64,000 nt of DNA, taken from assembly GCA_963668675.2 (NCBI GenBank), contig CAXXMB010000001.1:640001-704000 (forward strand), in the 5' to 3' direction. The stretch comes from an uncultured Desulfatitalea sp. GTDB taxonomy: Bacteria; Desulfobacterota; Desulfobacteria; Desulfobacterales; Desulfosarcinaceae. Positions 28,475-37,781 of this stretch are shown here, piece after piece. The notes below the pieces were generated by a model. The model saw nothing but the letters and a program-made list of their open reading frames with translations. It did no database searches and was not told the DNA's origin. How positions within the stretch are numbered: position 1 is the stretch's first letter; every line of letters begins with the position of its first letter. The position numbers and the translations under genes are program-made.

Positions 28475-29494
28475 TCACCTGAGTGACAAAGGTTGGAAGG
28501 TTTTTAAACGTGATACGAAAGTTGACATATTCCTTTTTAGAATCTGATCGCGTTGAAGCGTATATCGATTGGCGAAGAAGGGGTTGCCTCCGCGACGAAC
28601 CGTGGCGGCAAGTTTGTAGCCGGACTGACTCGTGACCAGCATGGCGCTGTAATTGACGCGCCCAAACGGGTAGGCAAAAAACATGGTGTCCTGATCGAGC
28701 TTGGCATCGAGGATTTTTTTGGAACCAGCAATTTCATGACGCAGCCGTTCCATATAGGCCTCCTCGCTTTCGTTGTCGTCCTTTTTGGATAGGTCGCTGT
28801 GCGCGATCGTATGGGAACCGATGGTGAATCCGTTATCTTTCAGTTCGCGAAGCTGTTTCCAGGAAAGCGCCTTTTTCGACACACCGACAAAATTTGTATA
28901 TATGAACAGTGTCGCTGTAAAACCATAATTTTTCAAGATCGGATAGGCGATATCATAGAACGAACTGTATCCATCATCAACGGTAATCATGACCGATTTT
29001 CGTGGGAGCGGCTGGCGATATTCGAGAAAGGCCAGCAGTTGCTCCGGTGAGATGACAATGTACCCGTTCTCTTTAAGGTATCGCATTTGACGTTCGAATA
29101 GATCCTCAGGCACACAAAGTGGGGATTTGCACTGTTTGCCAAAGCGGTGATAACAGAGAATTGCAACCTGCTGCACGCCGTTGGCAAAAATACCCCCCTT
29201 GTTTTTGTTTCTCAATGGGATGACTGCGTAGTTGTCTTTTGTGGAAGGCTTGAGGTCGTTGGCATCGTCGATCATCCAGGAGAGGTTCGGGTCGCCGAGG
29301 AAACGTTCCGCCAAAACGGAGGATGTTTCTCCTGGGGCGGTGCGATAGATGATATAGTCTTTCGATCGATGTAACCGGACTGCGGCAGATTCCGTCGATA
29401 CGGGTTTGGTTGCACAACCGGAAATCCATACAGCCCCTAATACACAACACAACAGTGCGCTCCAGGTTCGAAAAATCCGCATTACCACATCCAT
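28475..29494 (-). CDS. Polysaccharide deacetylase (CE4, PgaB/IcaB-like) lipoprotein
   Basis: Lipobox-like WISGC; ILCYHRF, ITVDDG, GSHTIAH, AYPFG; degenerate LysM-like segment PGETSSVLAERFLGD. Confidence 0.88.
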   Translation of the reverse strand: MDVVMRIFRTWSALLCCVLGAVWISGCATKPVSTESAAVRLHRSKDYIIYRTAPGETSSVLAERFLGDPNLSWMIDDANDLKPSTKDNYAVIPLRNKNKGGIFANGVQQVAILCYHRFGKQCKSPLCVPEDLFERQMRYLKENGYIVISPEQLLAFLEYRQPLPRKSVMITVDDGYSSFYDIAYPILKNYGFTATLFIYTNFVGVSKKALSWKQLRELKDNGFTIGSHTIAHSDLSKKDDNESEEAYMERLRHEIAGSKKILDAKLDQDTMFFAYPFGRVNYSAMLVTSQSGYKLAATVRRGGNPFFANRYTLQRDQILKRNMSTFVSRLKTFQPLSLR

Positions 29495-30059
29495 ACCGTT
29501 AGAGTGTCGGCCAAGAAACAGACCAATTAATTAGTCTTGTTAAATCAAAAGTTTGTTAGCGATTCATATCACATCGAGACCGCGACTGCAACCTGCGGCC
29601 AACCCATTAGAACCGAATCTTAAAAAACGCTTACAACTTTTCGCAATAGAGAGGCTTGGTCATCCTTTTTGAGACACAAAATATATTGCCGCGTGTCTGC
29701 TGAATGAAAGGATAAACCGCTCCGATTTATACCAAAAGCCGTTTTTAAAAAGAGGGTCTAACAATGTTGACAATAATCGGATATTATAATAAAAAATATA
29801 AATTTGAGCTCCAAACGCAAAACGGATGCCCCTGTGAATGAGGGGGGTGGAGCACGCAGCTTAATCTGCCGTAGACACCTTAACGGTAAAAGCGAAAACA
29901 GAGGCATTGTGGATGTGAGCAGCGTGAAAGAATTGGTTGCGCTTGGATGTTCTTGATGGTTATTCTGGTGTAACCGAACCGGATACTTGAGGAAACTGAC
30001 AAAACACGGGCCGATTCGCAGACGACAGTTCCAGTTAAATATGGGGTAGGAGTTAATAA

Positions 30060-31679
30060 ATGCCCGCAACTCAGAAAAACTCAGCGACAATGTCATGGCT
30101 CAAGCAATTGACCACAAGCACCTTTCATTCCATCAACGCCAAAGTGGACCGCATCACCTTTATAAAAAACAATAAAAAGGCGCTGGCGGCAATGTTGGTT
30201 TGCTGGTGCCTGGTCGTGGTTGGGGGCTATTTTTCCCTAGATTCGCTTGGAACGCGTCAATCATCAGAAGTTCTGAATGGTTATGCGGCGACCGCAGAGG
30301 CGTTTGCAGACCAGAGTGCTCCGATGCTGCTTGAAGAGGACGTGTTGGGACTGAACCGAACGGTGAATGACTTTGATAAAACGAATACGGTGCTTTTTGC
30401 CGCGATCATGAACCATGAGAACAGAGTGGTGGCCCATACTGAGGCTGAGAAATTCAACCAGACCTACGATGGCCTTCTCGACGCAACCGCTTTCGATAAA
30501 ATTGGCGATGTCGTGATCGAGTCCGGTTTTACAGAGAATGGCAAAGCGTCTCTAACGTTTGCGAAGAGTATCACCTATTCCGGCGTAAAAATTGGCGCCG
30601 CCGTCTTCGGTGTACCCAAAAAAGTGTGGAGCGCCATCAATACCCGCATCCGGCTTTATAAGATGCTGGTCTTTATTTTTAGTACGTTGGTCGCCGCAGC
30701 AATTATTCTGGGGCTGAATCGTAGCAAGGGGACTTCCAAAGGAAAGCCGATTTCAGTCTCCCAGGACGGCTCAATCATCGGGCCTTACCGTTTGAAGGAC
30801 AAAATCGCACAAGGCGGCATGGCAGAGCTTTATACGGCAGACTATGTTCGTGAAGACGGATTCAAACGCAAAGTTGCGATAAAAAAAGTGTTGCCCCATC
30901 TGGCCGAAAACCAGGATTTCATTAAAATGTTCATCCGAGAGGCGCGACTCGCGGCCCTTTTGCAACACCCCAACATCGTTCAGATCTTCGACTTTGGCAA
31001 GATTCACAATACCTACTTCATTGCCATGGAGTATATCGAGGGTATGAACCTGGGGCAGGTCATGGCCAAGTTGCAGACGGCGTTGCCGATCGATATGGCG
31101 ATGTTCATCATCATGAAAATCAGCTTGGGACTGAATTACTCGCATACGAAAAAAGACGATGACAGTGGGCAGGAGCTGGGTATCGTACACCGGGATATCA
31201 GTCCTCAGAACATATTGATATCCAACCAGGGAGAAGTGAAAATCAGTGATTTTGGCATCTCCAAGGCGACCACCGAACCGAGCTTGACCCAGGCGGGTGT
31301 AATCAAAGGCAAACTCTCTTATCTGGCGCCTGAACAGGCCCTGGGTAATGAAGTGGACAAACAGGTCGACATTTATGCATTGGGGTTGGTGTTGTATGAA
31401 ATTCTCTCTGGAGAACGCCTCTACCAATTCGATTCAGATATCCAGGCCATTCGCACCATACCGAAGATGGTTATCCCCCCAATTAGCTCCGTACGGTCCG
31501 AGGTACCGGAACAACTGAATCATATCGTGATGCGATGCCTTGAAAAGGATAAAGTGATGCGCTACCCCGATGCAATGGCCCTGCACAACGACTTGTCGAA
31601 ACTGAGAGCCAGACTTCAAATGTCCTACGGAGAGTCCGATCTTTCAAACTTTATAAGAACGATGATGAACCATGCATAA
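30060..31679 (+). CDS. Ser/Thr (Hanks-type) kinase with N-terminal TM-periplasmic domain-TM and C-terminal kinase domain
   Basis: IAQGGMAE, VAIKK, HRDISPQNIL, DFG, GKLSYLAPE; two TM helices; AGGAG RBS. Confidence 0.92.
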   Translation: MPATQKNSATMSWLKQLTTSTFHSINAKVDRITFIKNNKKALAAMLVCWCLVVVGGYFSLDSLGTRQSSEVLNGYAATAEAFADQSAPMLLEEDVLGLNRTVNDFDKTNTVLFAAIMNHENRVVAHTEAEKFNQTYDGLLDATAFDKIGDVVIESGFTENGKASLTFAKSITYSGVKIGAAVFGVPKKVWSAINTRIRLYKMLVFIFSTLVAAAIILGLNRSKGTSKGKPISVSQDGSIIGPYRLKDKIAQGGMAELYTADYVREDGFKRKVAIKKVLPHLAENQDFIKMFIREARLAALLQHPNIVQIFDFGKIHNTYFIAMEYIEGMNLGQVMAKLQTALPIDMAMFIIMKISLGLNYSHTKKDDDSGQELGIVHRDISPQNILISNQGEVKISDFGISKATTEPSLTQAGVIKGKLSYLAPEQALGNEVDKQVDIYALGLVLYEILSGERLYQFDSDIQAIRTIPKMVIPPISSVRSEVPEQLNHIVMRCLEKDKVMRYPDAMALHNDLSKLRARLQMSYGESDLSNFIRTMMNHA

Positions 31680-32400
31680 GATAGAATTCATCGGTAAAAC
31701 CGATGTCGGTCGCGTAAGATCCAACAACGAAGATACGTTCATGTTAAATCCTGAAATGGTATACTGCCTGGTGGCAGACGGGATGGGGGGAGCAGCGGCC
31801 GGCGAGATGGCCAGCCAGATCTTTGCCCAGACGGCATCAGAGTTGTTCGAAAAGAACAAGCCGGCATCCGAGCAGGAGCTGGTGGTTCGCGTACAGGAGG
31901 CATTTCGCGATGCCAACGACCGGATCCTGGATCATGTCAGCCGACACCCCGAGCATAAGGGCATGGGGTGCACGGCTGAGCTGCTTGCGTTTACGGAGAC
32001 AGGTTTCGTGATCGGTCATATGGGAGACAGCAGGACGTATCGATTGCGGGACGGTACACTGAAGCAGCTCACAAAAGATCACTCTTTGGTTCAGGATCAG
32101 CTCGACCAGGGATTGATCACCGAAGAGCAGGCCAGGTCACACCGTATGCGAAACATCATCCTGCGCGCGGTTGGCGTACGGCCGTCACCGGCACTCGACA
32201 CGCTGCGCGGCCCGATCTTCTCCGGCGACCTTTTTCTTCTCTGTTCCGACGGGTTGACCGACTTGATCGAAGACCGGGAGATCGTGCAGGTTTTGCTTTC
32301 AGGCGAAGAAATAGACTCCAAAGCGGATCGGCTCGTAGAGATGGCCAACTCGGCCGGTGGAAAAGACAACGTCACGGTAGTGTTGGCGCATATCGCATGA
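31672..32400 (+). CDS. PP2C-family Ser/Thr phosphatase (Stp1/PppA-like)
   Basis: TDVGRVRSNNED, VADGMGG, GMGCT, GDSRTY, LCSDGL, GGKDNVTV. Confidence 0.95.
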   Translation: MHKIEFIGKTDVGRVRSNNEDTFMLNPEMVYCLVADGMGGAAAGEMASQIFAQTASELFEKNKPASEQELVVRVQEAFRDANDRILDHVSRHPEHKGMGCTAELLAFTETGFVIGHMGDSRTYRLRDGTLKQLTKDHSLVQDQLDQGLITEEQARSHRMRNIILRAVGVRPSPALDTLRGPIFSGDLFLLCSDGLTDLIEDREIVQVLLSGEEIDSKADRLVEMANSAGGKDNVTVVLAHIA

Positions 32401-33329
32401 ATTCAAGCGTACGTATTTGTATACTGCTGATCGTTCTGTTCTACACCCCGGCACACGCCGAAGAAAATAAATCACGCCCCTCATCCATCCTACCCATGCC
32501 GGTTGCAGAGGCGGAGGAGGTGATCAAGACCTGGTTCGCCAGGAATGGATTCCTCCCCATTCAAGATCACAGAAGCGAGAAGCGGATCATCTTAGAGGCA
32601 GGGCATGGCGGAAAACCCTGGCGTATCGAGCTGAGTGCCCATACGCCACTGGCGACTCGCATGCGGATAGCCACATCAGAAGAGACACCCCCCCAGCAGA
32701 TTGCCGCTTTGCGGATCTATCTGGATGACTATATCAACACGGAGACACCGCCCACGGCAGCTATTCGAAGCGAAGTCCCTCAAGTGGTAAGGGATCATCT
32801 GTCGGCCGTGGTCTGTATCTATTCGGTTGGCAAGGGCAAATCGATACAACTGAGCGGCTTCTGTATCGATAGCAAAGGGCTTATCGTATCGACGGCCCAC
32901 GACCTGGCTGTTGGGCAGGCGGTTCGGGTTCAGTTCTTAGACGCTCATTCGGTTAGCGGACGGGTTGTCACGTTGGACGCAAAGCGAGACCTCTGTCTGA
33001 TAAAGGTTCCCAATCGTCTGCCGGAGGTGATTGCCATTCGCGACGGACGCTATGCACCGGGAATGGATGAATGGTTGTATGCAATGGGATGTCCCCAGGG
33101 TGAGTCGCCAACGGTCCGTATCGGAACTCTCGATGGGCCCCCCAGACGCGTTGAGGGTTTCCCCCTATGGCAGGCAAGGATACAGATTGAACCTGGTAGC
33201 AGCGGCAGTCCGGTGCTCGACGAGCGGGGCCGACTGACGGCCATCATCAAAGGACGCTACCGCGGTACCAGTGCTGTCGGATTTCTCATCCCTTTCGAAA
33301 CGCTGCTGCACTTCATGGGAAAATATTAG
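32397..33329 (+). CDS. Secreted trypsin-like (S1) serine protease
   Basis: Signal peptide ending PAHA; catalytic triad STAH, DLCLI, PGSSGSPV; no PDZ domain. Confidence 0.85.
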   Translation: MNSSVRICILLIVLFYTPAHAEENKSRPSSILPMPVAEAEEVIKTWFARNGFLPIQDHRSEKRIILEAGHGGKPWRIELSAHTPLATRMRIATSEETPPQQIAALRIYLDDYINTETPPTAAIRSEVPQVVRDHLSAVVCIYSVGKGKSIQLSGFCIDSKGLIVSTAHDLAVGQAVRVQFLDAHSVSGRVVTLDAKRDLCLIKVPNRLPEVIAIRDGRYAPGMDEWLYAMGCPQGESPTVRIGTLDGPPRRVEGFPLWQARIQIEPGSSGSPVLDERGRLTAIIKGRYRGTSAVGFLIPFETLLHFMGKY

Positions 33330-33331
33330 CA

Positions 33332-34603
33332 ATGACAGAAACGTATGGACGATACGAAATCGTAGGAGAGTTGGGAAAAGGCACCATGGGGGTGGTTTAC
33401 AAAGCCCACGACCCCCAGATCGACCGCATGGTCGCCTTGAAGGTGCTGCGGCCGGACAGGGTGACCAGTAAGGATTTTGTGGCCCGTTTTCTCAAAGAAG
33501 CCCGCGCCATAGGGCGCTTGTCCCACTCGCATATCGTCACCATCTATGACGTCGGCGAGGACCACGGTACGGTCTATATCGCCATGGAGTACCTCCAAGG
33601 GGAGCCTTTCAACGAGGTGGTGAAATCGGGTCGCCTCTCCCTGGCGGAAAGTATAGAGATTGCGCGCCAGGTTGCGGAAACCCTTGACTACGCACATCGC
33701 CAGGGTATTGTTCATCGGGATATCAAACCCTCCAATATCATTCTCGCCGACGGGAATCAGGTGAAGCTGACCGATTTTGGCATTGCCCGTATTGAAGACA
33801 CCTCATCCATACACCAGACCCAGGCGGGCGAGATATTGGGAACGCCTGTATACATGTCCCCAGAGCAGGTGATGGGGCAAAAGGTGGATGGACGTTCAGA
33901 TCTGTTTTCAATCGGGGTGATTCTGTATGAAATGATCGCCGGCCGGAGACCCTTCGGAGGCAATAACATTGCCGCCATTTTTCGTGCCATCACCCAGGAC
34001 CACCCCGTTCCTCCGGACCAGGGCAATCCATTTATCACAAAGGCGCTTTCGGAGATGGTCCTGAAATGCCTGGCCAAGCCTCCAGAAAAGCGATTTCAAA
34101 CCGGACGGGAAATGGCAGATGCGCTAGCCGCTATTCTGCCTTCGTTGAAACAGGACGGCCAACAGGACCGGCAGAATGGTAAACGTTCCCAGCGCCGCAC
34201 GTCGTTTATATTGGCAGGCGTTTTTGCGGTGGTTTTAATCGCTGCCGGATCGTTCTATTTTTTCCGTTCCCCCTCGGACAGCTCGTCGATCACTGTTGAA
34301 AGCGGCCAGGGAGAGGTGACGTCACCAAAAAGCGGCGATCGTCCGGTGGGCATGACCCAGGGAGAGGGTGTCAATGAGGGCGCTTTGGATGCCCAGTCTG
34401 CCGAATTGGATATCAGCAGCGATCCTGCAGGTGCTGAAGTATTTGTGAACAATGATTTTAAAGGCAAGACACCGATCACGGTGCCGCTGTCCAAGGGGAA
34501 ATATGAGTTGCGTTTGAATCTAACCGGTTATTTTGAATGGGAGGCACAGGTGAATATCGAGGGGGAAACCCCCCTGCATATTCCATTGCGGCCTCTGGAG
34601 TAG
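33332..34603 (+). CDS. Ser/Thr kinase with N-terminal kinase, TM helix and C-terminal PEGA-like domain
   Basis: LGKGTMG, VALK, HRDIKPSN, DFG, GTPVYMSPE; TM FILAGVFAVVLIAAGSFYFF; ISSDPAGAEVFVN...GKTP. Confidence 0.93.
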   Translation: MTETYGRYEIVGELGKGTMGVVYKAHDPQIDRMVALKVLRPDRVTSKDFVARFLKEARAIGRLSHSHIVTIYDVGEDHGTVYIAMEYLQGEPFNEVVKSGRLSLAESIEIARQVAETLDYAHRQGIVHRDIKPSNIILADGNQVKLTDFGIARIEDTSSIHQTQAGEILGTPVYMSPEQVMGQKVDGRSDLFSIGVILYEMIAGRRPFGGNNIAAIFRAITQDHPVPPDQGNPFITKALSEMVLKCLAKPPEKRFQTGREMADALAAILPSLKQDGQQDRQNGKRSQRRTSFILAGVFAVVLIAAGSFYFFRSPSDSSSITVESGQGEVTSPKSGDRPVGMTQGEGVNEGALDAQSAELDISSDPAGAEVFVNNDFKGKTPITVPLSKGKYELRLNLTGYFEWEAQVNIEGETPLHIPLRPLE

Positions 34604-34789
34604 CCCTGAGGCGTAGATTCATCGCCTGACATGCCGAACTGCCCACCGATCGATTTCCGAAAAGTTATCGTAAGGCATGCATATGTATAATATTTTGAAA
34701 ACCCACAGATAATGTGGTATCCTTCAACTCTTTCATTTTTGGGAATTTGATGAAAAAGGGAGTGGAACCATTTATGGAGAGAGCCTTCA

Positions 34790-34866
<77 letters not shown>

Positions 34867-34991
34867 TTGCTCGACTGACGGCTATGGCAAATAGCATAGG
34901 ATATCGGGGAAGTCTATAGAAAACGATTCCCGTCAGGAAGGCCGCTCAACGGTGTAATCAAGGCCAACGATTAGGTGAAAGTTGATAAACT

Positions 34992-35957
34992 ATGGGTAAG
35001 AAAAAAGGAACAACGGCGGCCGCGGCGAGTAAGGAAAAGGCACCCGCTAATCAAAAAATAGACAACCGCAGTAAAAATGTGGAGAGCGATAAGACGCTCG
35101 CCAAGTTTGATCCACTTCAGCGGTATCTGTCTGAAATAAGTCGATATCGACTCCTGACGCGCGACGAAGAGATTGAATTGGGACGCAGGGTGCAAGAGGA
35201 GGAGGATACAGAGGCAGCCTATCAGCTGGTGACGTCCAATCTGAGGCTGGTGGTGAAAATCGCACTTGAATTTCAAAGGGTTTGGATGCAAAACCTGCTC
35301 GATTTGATTCAGGAAGGAAATATCGGATTGATGCAGGCCGTAAAGAAGTTCGACCCATACAAGAATGTTAAATTCTCATACTACGCCTCTTTCTGGATCA
35401 AGGCATACATCCTCAAGTTCATCATGGACAACTGGCGCCTGGTGAAGATCGGAACCACTCAGGGGCAGAGAAAACTCTTCTTTAAGTTGAAAAAGGAGAA
35501 ACAACGGCTGATTGAAGAGGGGTTTGACCCAAAGCCCAAGCTTCTCTCCCAACGCTTGGGGGTGTCTGAGAGAGAGATCATCGACATGGATCAGCGGCTG
35601 GACGGCTGGGATGTCTCCCTCGATTCGCCTGTAAAAGAAGGATCGGATACCGGCAGAATTGAATTCGTCAGTGAAGGGACGGCTTCGGCAGAAGAGAAAG
35701 TGGCAAAGAAGGAGATAGAGGTGCTCCTGCATAACAAGGTGGGCGAGTTTCGGGAGCAGATGACGGATCGAGAGCTAGAGATATTTGATACCCGCATTTT
35801 TTCAGATACGCCGGTTACCCTCCAGGAGATCGGAGATCGATACGGCATATCCAGAGAGCGGGTAAGGCAGATCGAAAAAAACGTCATTAAAAAGATGCGC
35901 GATTTCTTTAAGAGTGAAATACCTGATTTTGAAGCTTACACCACCAACGATAGTTAG
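34992..35957 (+). CDS. rpoH: RNA polymerase sigma factor, RpoH (sigma-32)-like
   Basis: NLRLVVKIA, DLIQEGNIGLMQAVKKFDP, RpoH box-like TTQGQRKLFFKL, TLQEIG..YGISRERVRQIE. Confidence 0.85.
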   Translation: MGKKKGTTAAAASKEKAPANQKIDNRSKNVESDKTLAKFDPLQRYLSEISRYRLLTRDEEIELGRRVQEEEDTEAAYQLVTSNLRLVVKIALEFQRVWMQNLLDLIQEGNIGLMQAVKKFDPYKNVKFSYYASFWIKAYILKFIMDNWRLVKIGTTQGQRKLFFKLKKEKQRLIEEGFDPKPKLLSQRLGVSEREIIDMDQRLDGWDVSLDSPVKEGSDTGRIEFVSEGTASAEEKVAKKEIEVLLHNKVGEFREQMTDRELEIFDTRIFSDTPVTLQEIGDRYGISRERVRQIEKNVIKKMRDFFKSEIPDFEAYTTNDS

Positions 35958-36033
35958 CCCCTGACGTTGCATGAACAATGACGGCTTGCTACTTGCCGTC
36001 TTGATTTTGTAGCCCTCCGATTTTAAGGGTATT

Positions 36034-37767
36034 ATGATTCTGAAAAAAGTCGAGTGCATTATTATCTTCGTTTGCGGATTGATTTTCATGGCCTGTCATG
36101 CCACGTCTCGCCCGCCTGTGCAAATTGATCCGGGCGAGAGCGCATCTGCCGATTTCCCAGCGGTCATTTCAAGTTCAAATGCTGCCGCTTATTACTACTT
36201 CTCTTTGGCCCAGATGAAAATAAAGAGCGGCGATATATCTGAAGCAAAATGGTATCTGGAAAAGGCGGTACAGTTGGATAGGTCGTCGGCTGCCATTAAA
36301 ATGGAGCTGGCCAGGCTCAACCTGATGAGCAAAGATGCTGAAGCGGCATTGGCGATCGTTCAACAGGTGCTCGTGGATCAACCCAACCACAGCGAAGCGC
36401 TCACAATGGCCGGCCGAATCTATCAACAAAAGAAAATGTATGCCGAGGCCAAAAGTTTATATGAGAAGGCGCTGGCCGGCAACCCATCCGATCCCAATAT
36501 TTATCTCTACCTTGGCAGAATTTACTGGAATGAACGTGATTTGGCCAATGCCGAACGAATTTTTCGCCTCATGGTCAACGCGTTTCCAACCTCTTACGCC
36601 GCCCATTTTTTTAACGGCAAGGTGCTGGCCGATCAGGGAAAATCAGATGAAGCCATTCATGCGTTCAAACGGTCACTGGAATTGGAGCCATCGCTGGAGG
36701 AAGCACGCTTTGAACTGATTCGTATCTACCAGAACCGAAATATGAGCGATGAGATTGCAATCGTCTACAAGTCCATACTTGACTATAATCCAGATAACAT
36801 CAAAGCATCTTTTGAACTTGCAGTTCATTTCCAGAAGACAAAAGATGAGAAAAGAGGGTTGCCGCTTCTGGTGGACCTCGGGTGGCGAAGCGTGAATGAC
36901 AATGCCATCTTAACATTTATCTATGAGAACTATATAGAGACCAAACAGTATGAAACCGCGGCGTGGCTGTTGGAGGGCATGCTCAAAGGCGCACCACAAA
37001 GTTCGGAGATTCACTACCTGGCAGGCGTCAGCTACGACGGACTTAAGCGTGTTGACAAGGCGCTGGCGCATCTTGAGCGAGTCCAGGTGGAATCGCGGTT
37101 TTATGACAATGCGGTCGTGCATCGTGCCGTCTTGCTGCACGATATGGGTAACATCGAGCAGGCCATCGAGATCGTTAAGCAAGCCCTCGACGCCGATCCC
37201 GAGAATTCCGATTACTACCTTTACCTCGGCTCTTTCTACGAGGAGCTGGAAAGATATAACGAGGCGATCAACATCCTTGTGAAGGGGTTGGAGATCGACC
37301 CGCAGAATACGCGCATCCACTTTCGTCTCGGTGTTATTTATGACAAGATCGGTGACCGCAATCTGGCCGTGGAGGTCATGGAGAAGGTTGTTCAGATCGA
37401 ACCCAATAACGCCAAAGCACTTAACTATTTAGGTTACAGTTATGCTGAGATGGGGGTCCATCTTGAGAAGGCGGAGGCCCTGATCATGCGTGCCTTGGAA
37501 ATAAAACCGGAAGACGGCTATATGATCGATAGCTTGGCCTGGGTATACTACAAACAGGGTGCCTTCGAAAAAGCCCTCTCGTGGCTTAAAAAAGCAATCT
37601 CCCTGGTTCCGGACGATCCGACCATTCTTGAGCACCTTGGCGATGTGTATCTGAAATTGAACCGGAAGACGGCTGCCTTAAAGTACTACCAACGATCACT
37701 TAAAATAAAATCAGAAGGCAGAGAAGCACTGCAAGAGAAGATCCGCGCCTTGAACCGAATCCCGTAA
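36034..37767 (+). CDS. TPR-repeat lipoprotein
   Basis: Lipobox-like FMAC, many TPRs, ALNYLGYSYAE and DSLAWVYYKQG. Confidence 0.88.
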   Translation: MILKKVECIIIFVCGLIFMACHATSRPPVQIDPGESASADFPAVISSSNAAAYYYFSLAQMKIKSGDISEAKWYLEKAVQLDRSSAAIKMELARLNLMSKDAEAALAIVQQVLVDQPNHSEALTMAGRIYQQKKMYAEAKSLYEKALAGNPSDPNIYLYLGRIYWNERDLANAERIFRLMVNAFPTSYAAHFFNGKVLADQGKSDEAIHAFKRSLELEPSLEEARFELIRIYQNRNMSDEIAIVYKSILDYNPDNIKASFELAVHFQKTKDEKRGLPLLVDLGWRSVNDNAILTFIYENYIETKQYETAAWLLEGMLKGAPQSSEIHYLAGVSYDGLKRVDKALAHLERVQVESRFYDNAVVHRAVLLHDMGNIEQAIEIVKQALDADPENSDYYLYLGSFYEELERYNEAINILVKGLEIDPQNTRIHFRLGVIYDKIGDRNLAVEVMEKVVQIEPNNAKALNYLGYSYAEMGVHLEKAEALIMRALEIKPEDGYMIDSLAWVYYKQGAFEKALSWLKKAISLVPDDPTILEHLGDVYLKLNRKTAALKYYQRSLKIKSEGREALQEKIRALNRIP

Positions 37768-37781
37768 CGAACGCCTTTAAT

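Noticed and set aside
29587..29602. Sigma-54-like TTGGCCGCAGGTTGCA on the minus strand upstream of the deacetylase
   Set aside because: GG-to-GC spacing is 9 nt rather than the required 10
29838..29869. GCAGCTTAATCTGC resembles the end of the tmRNA tag reading frame
   Set aside because: No tRNA-like GGGG 5' end, T-arm or CCA end, and no ANDxxY-like tag
24171..34603. A complete T6SS, prophage tail or eCIS locus
   Set aside because: No tube, spike, baseplate, membrane complex, ClpV or phage genes anywhere in the window
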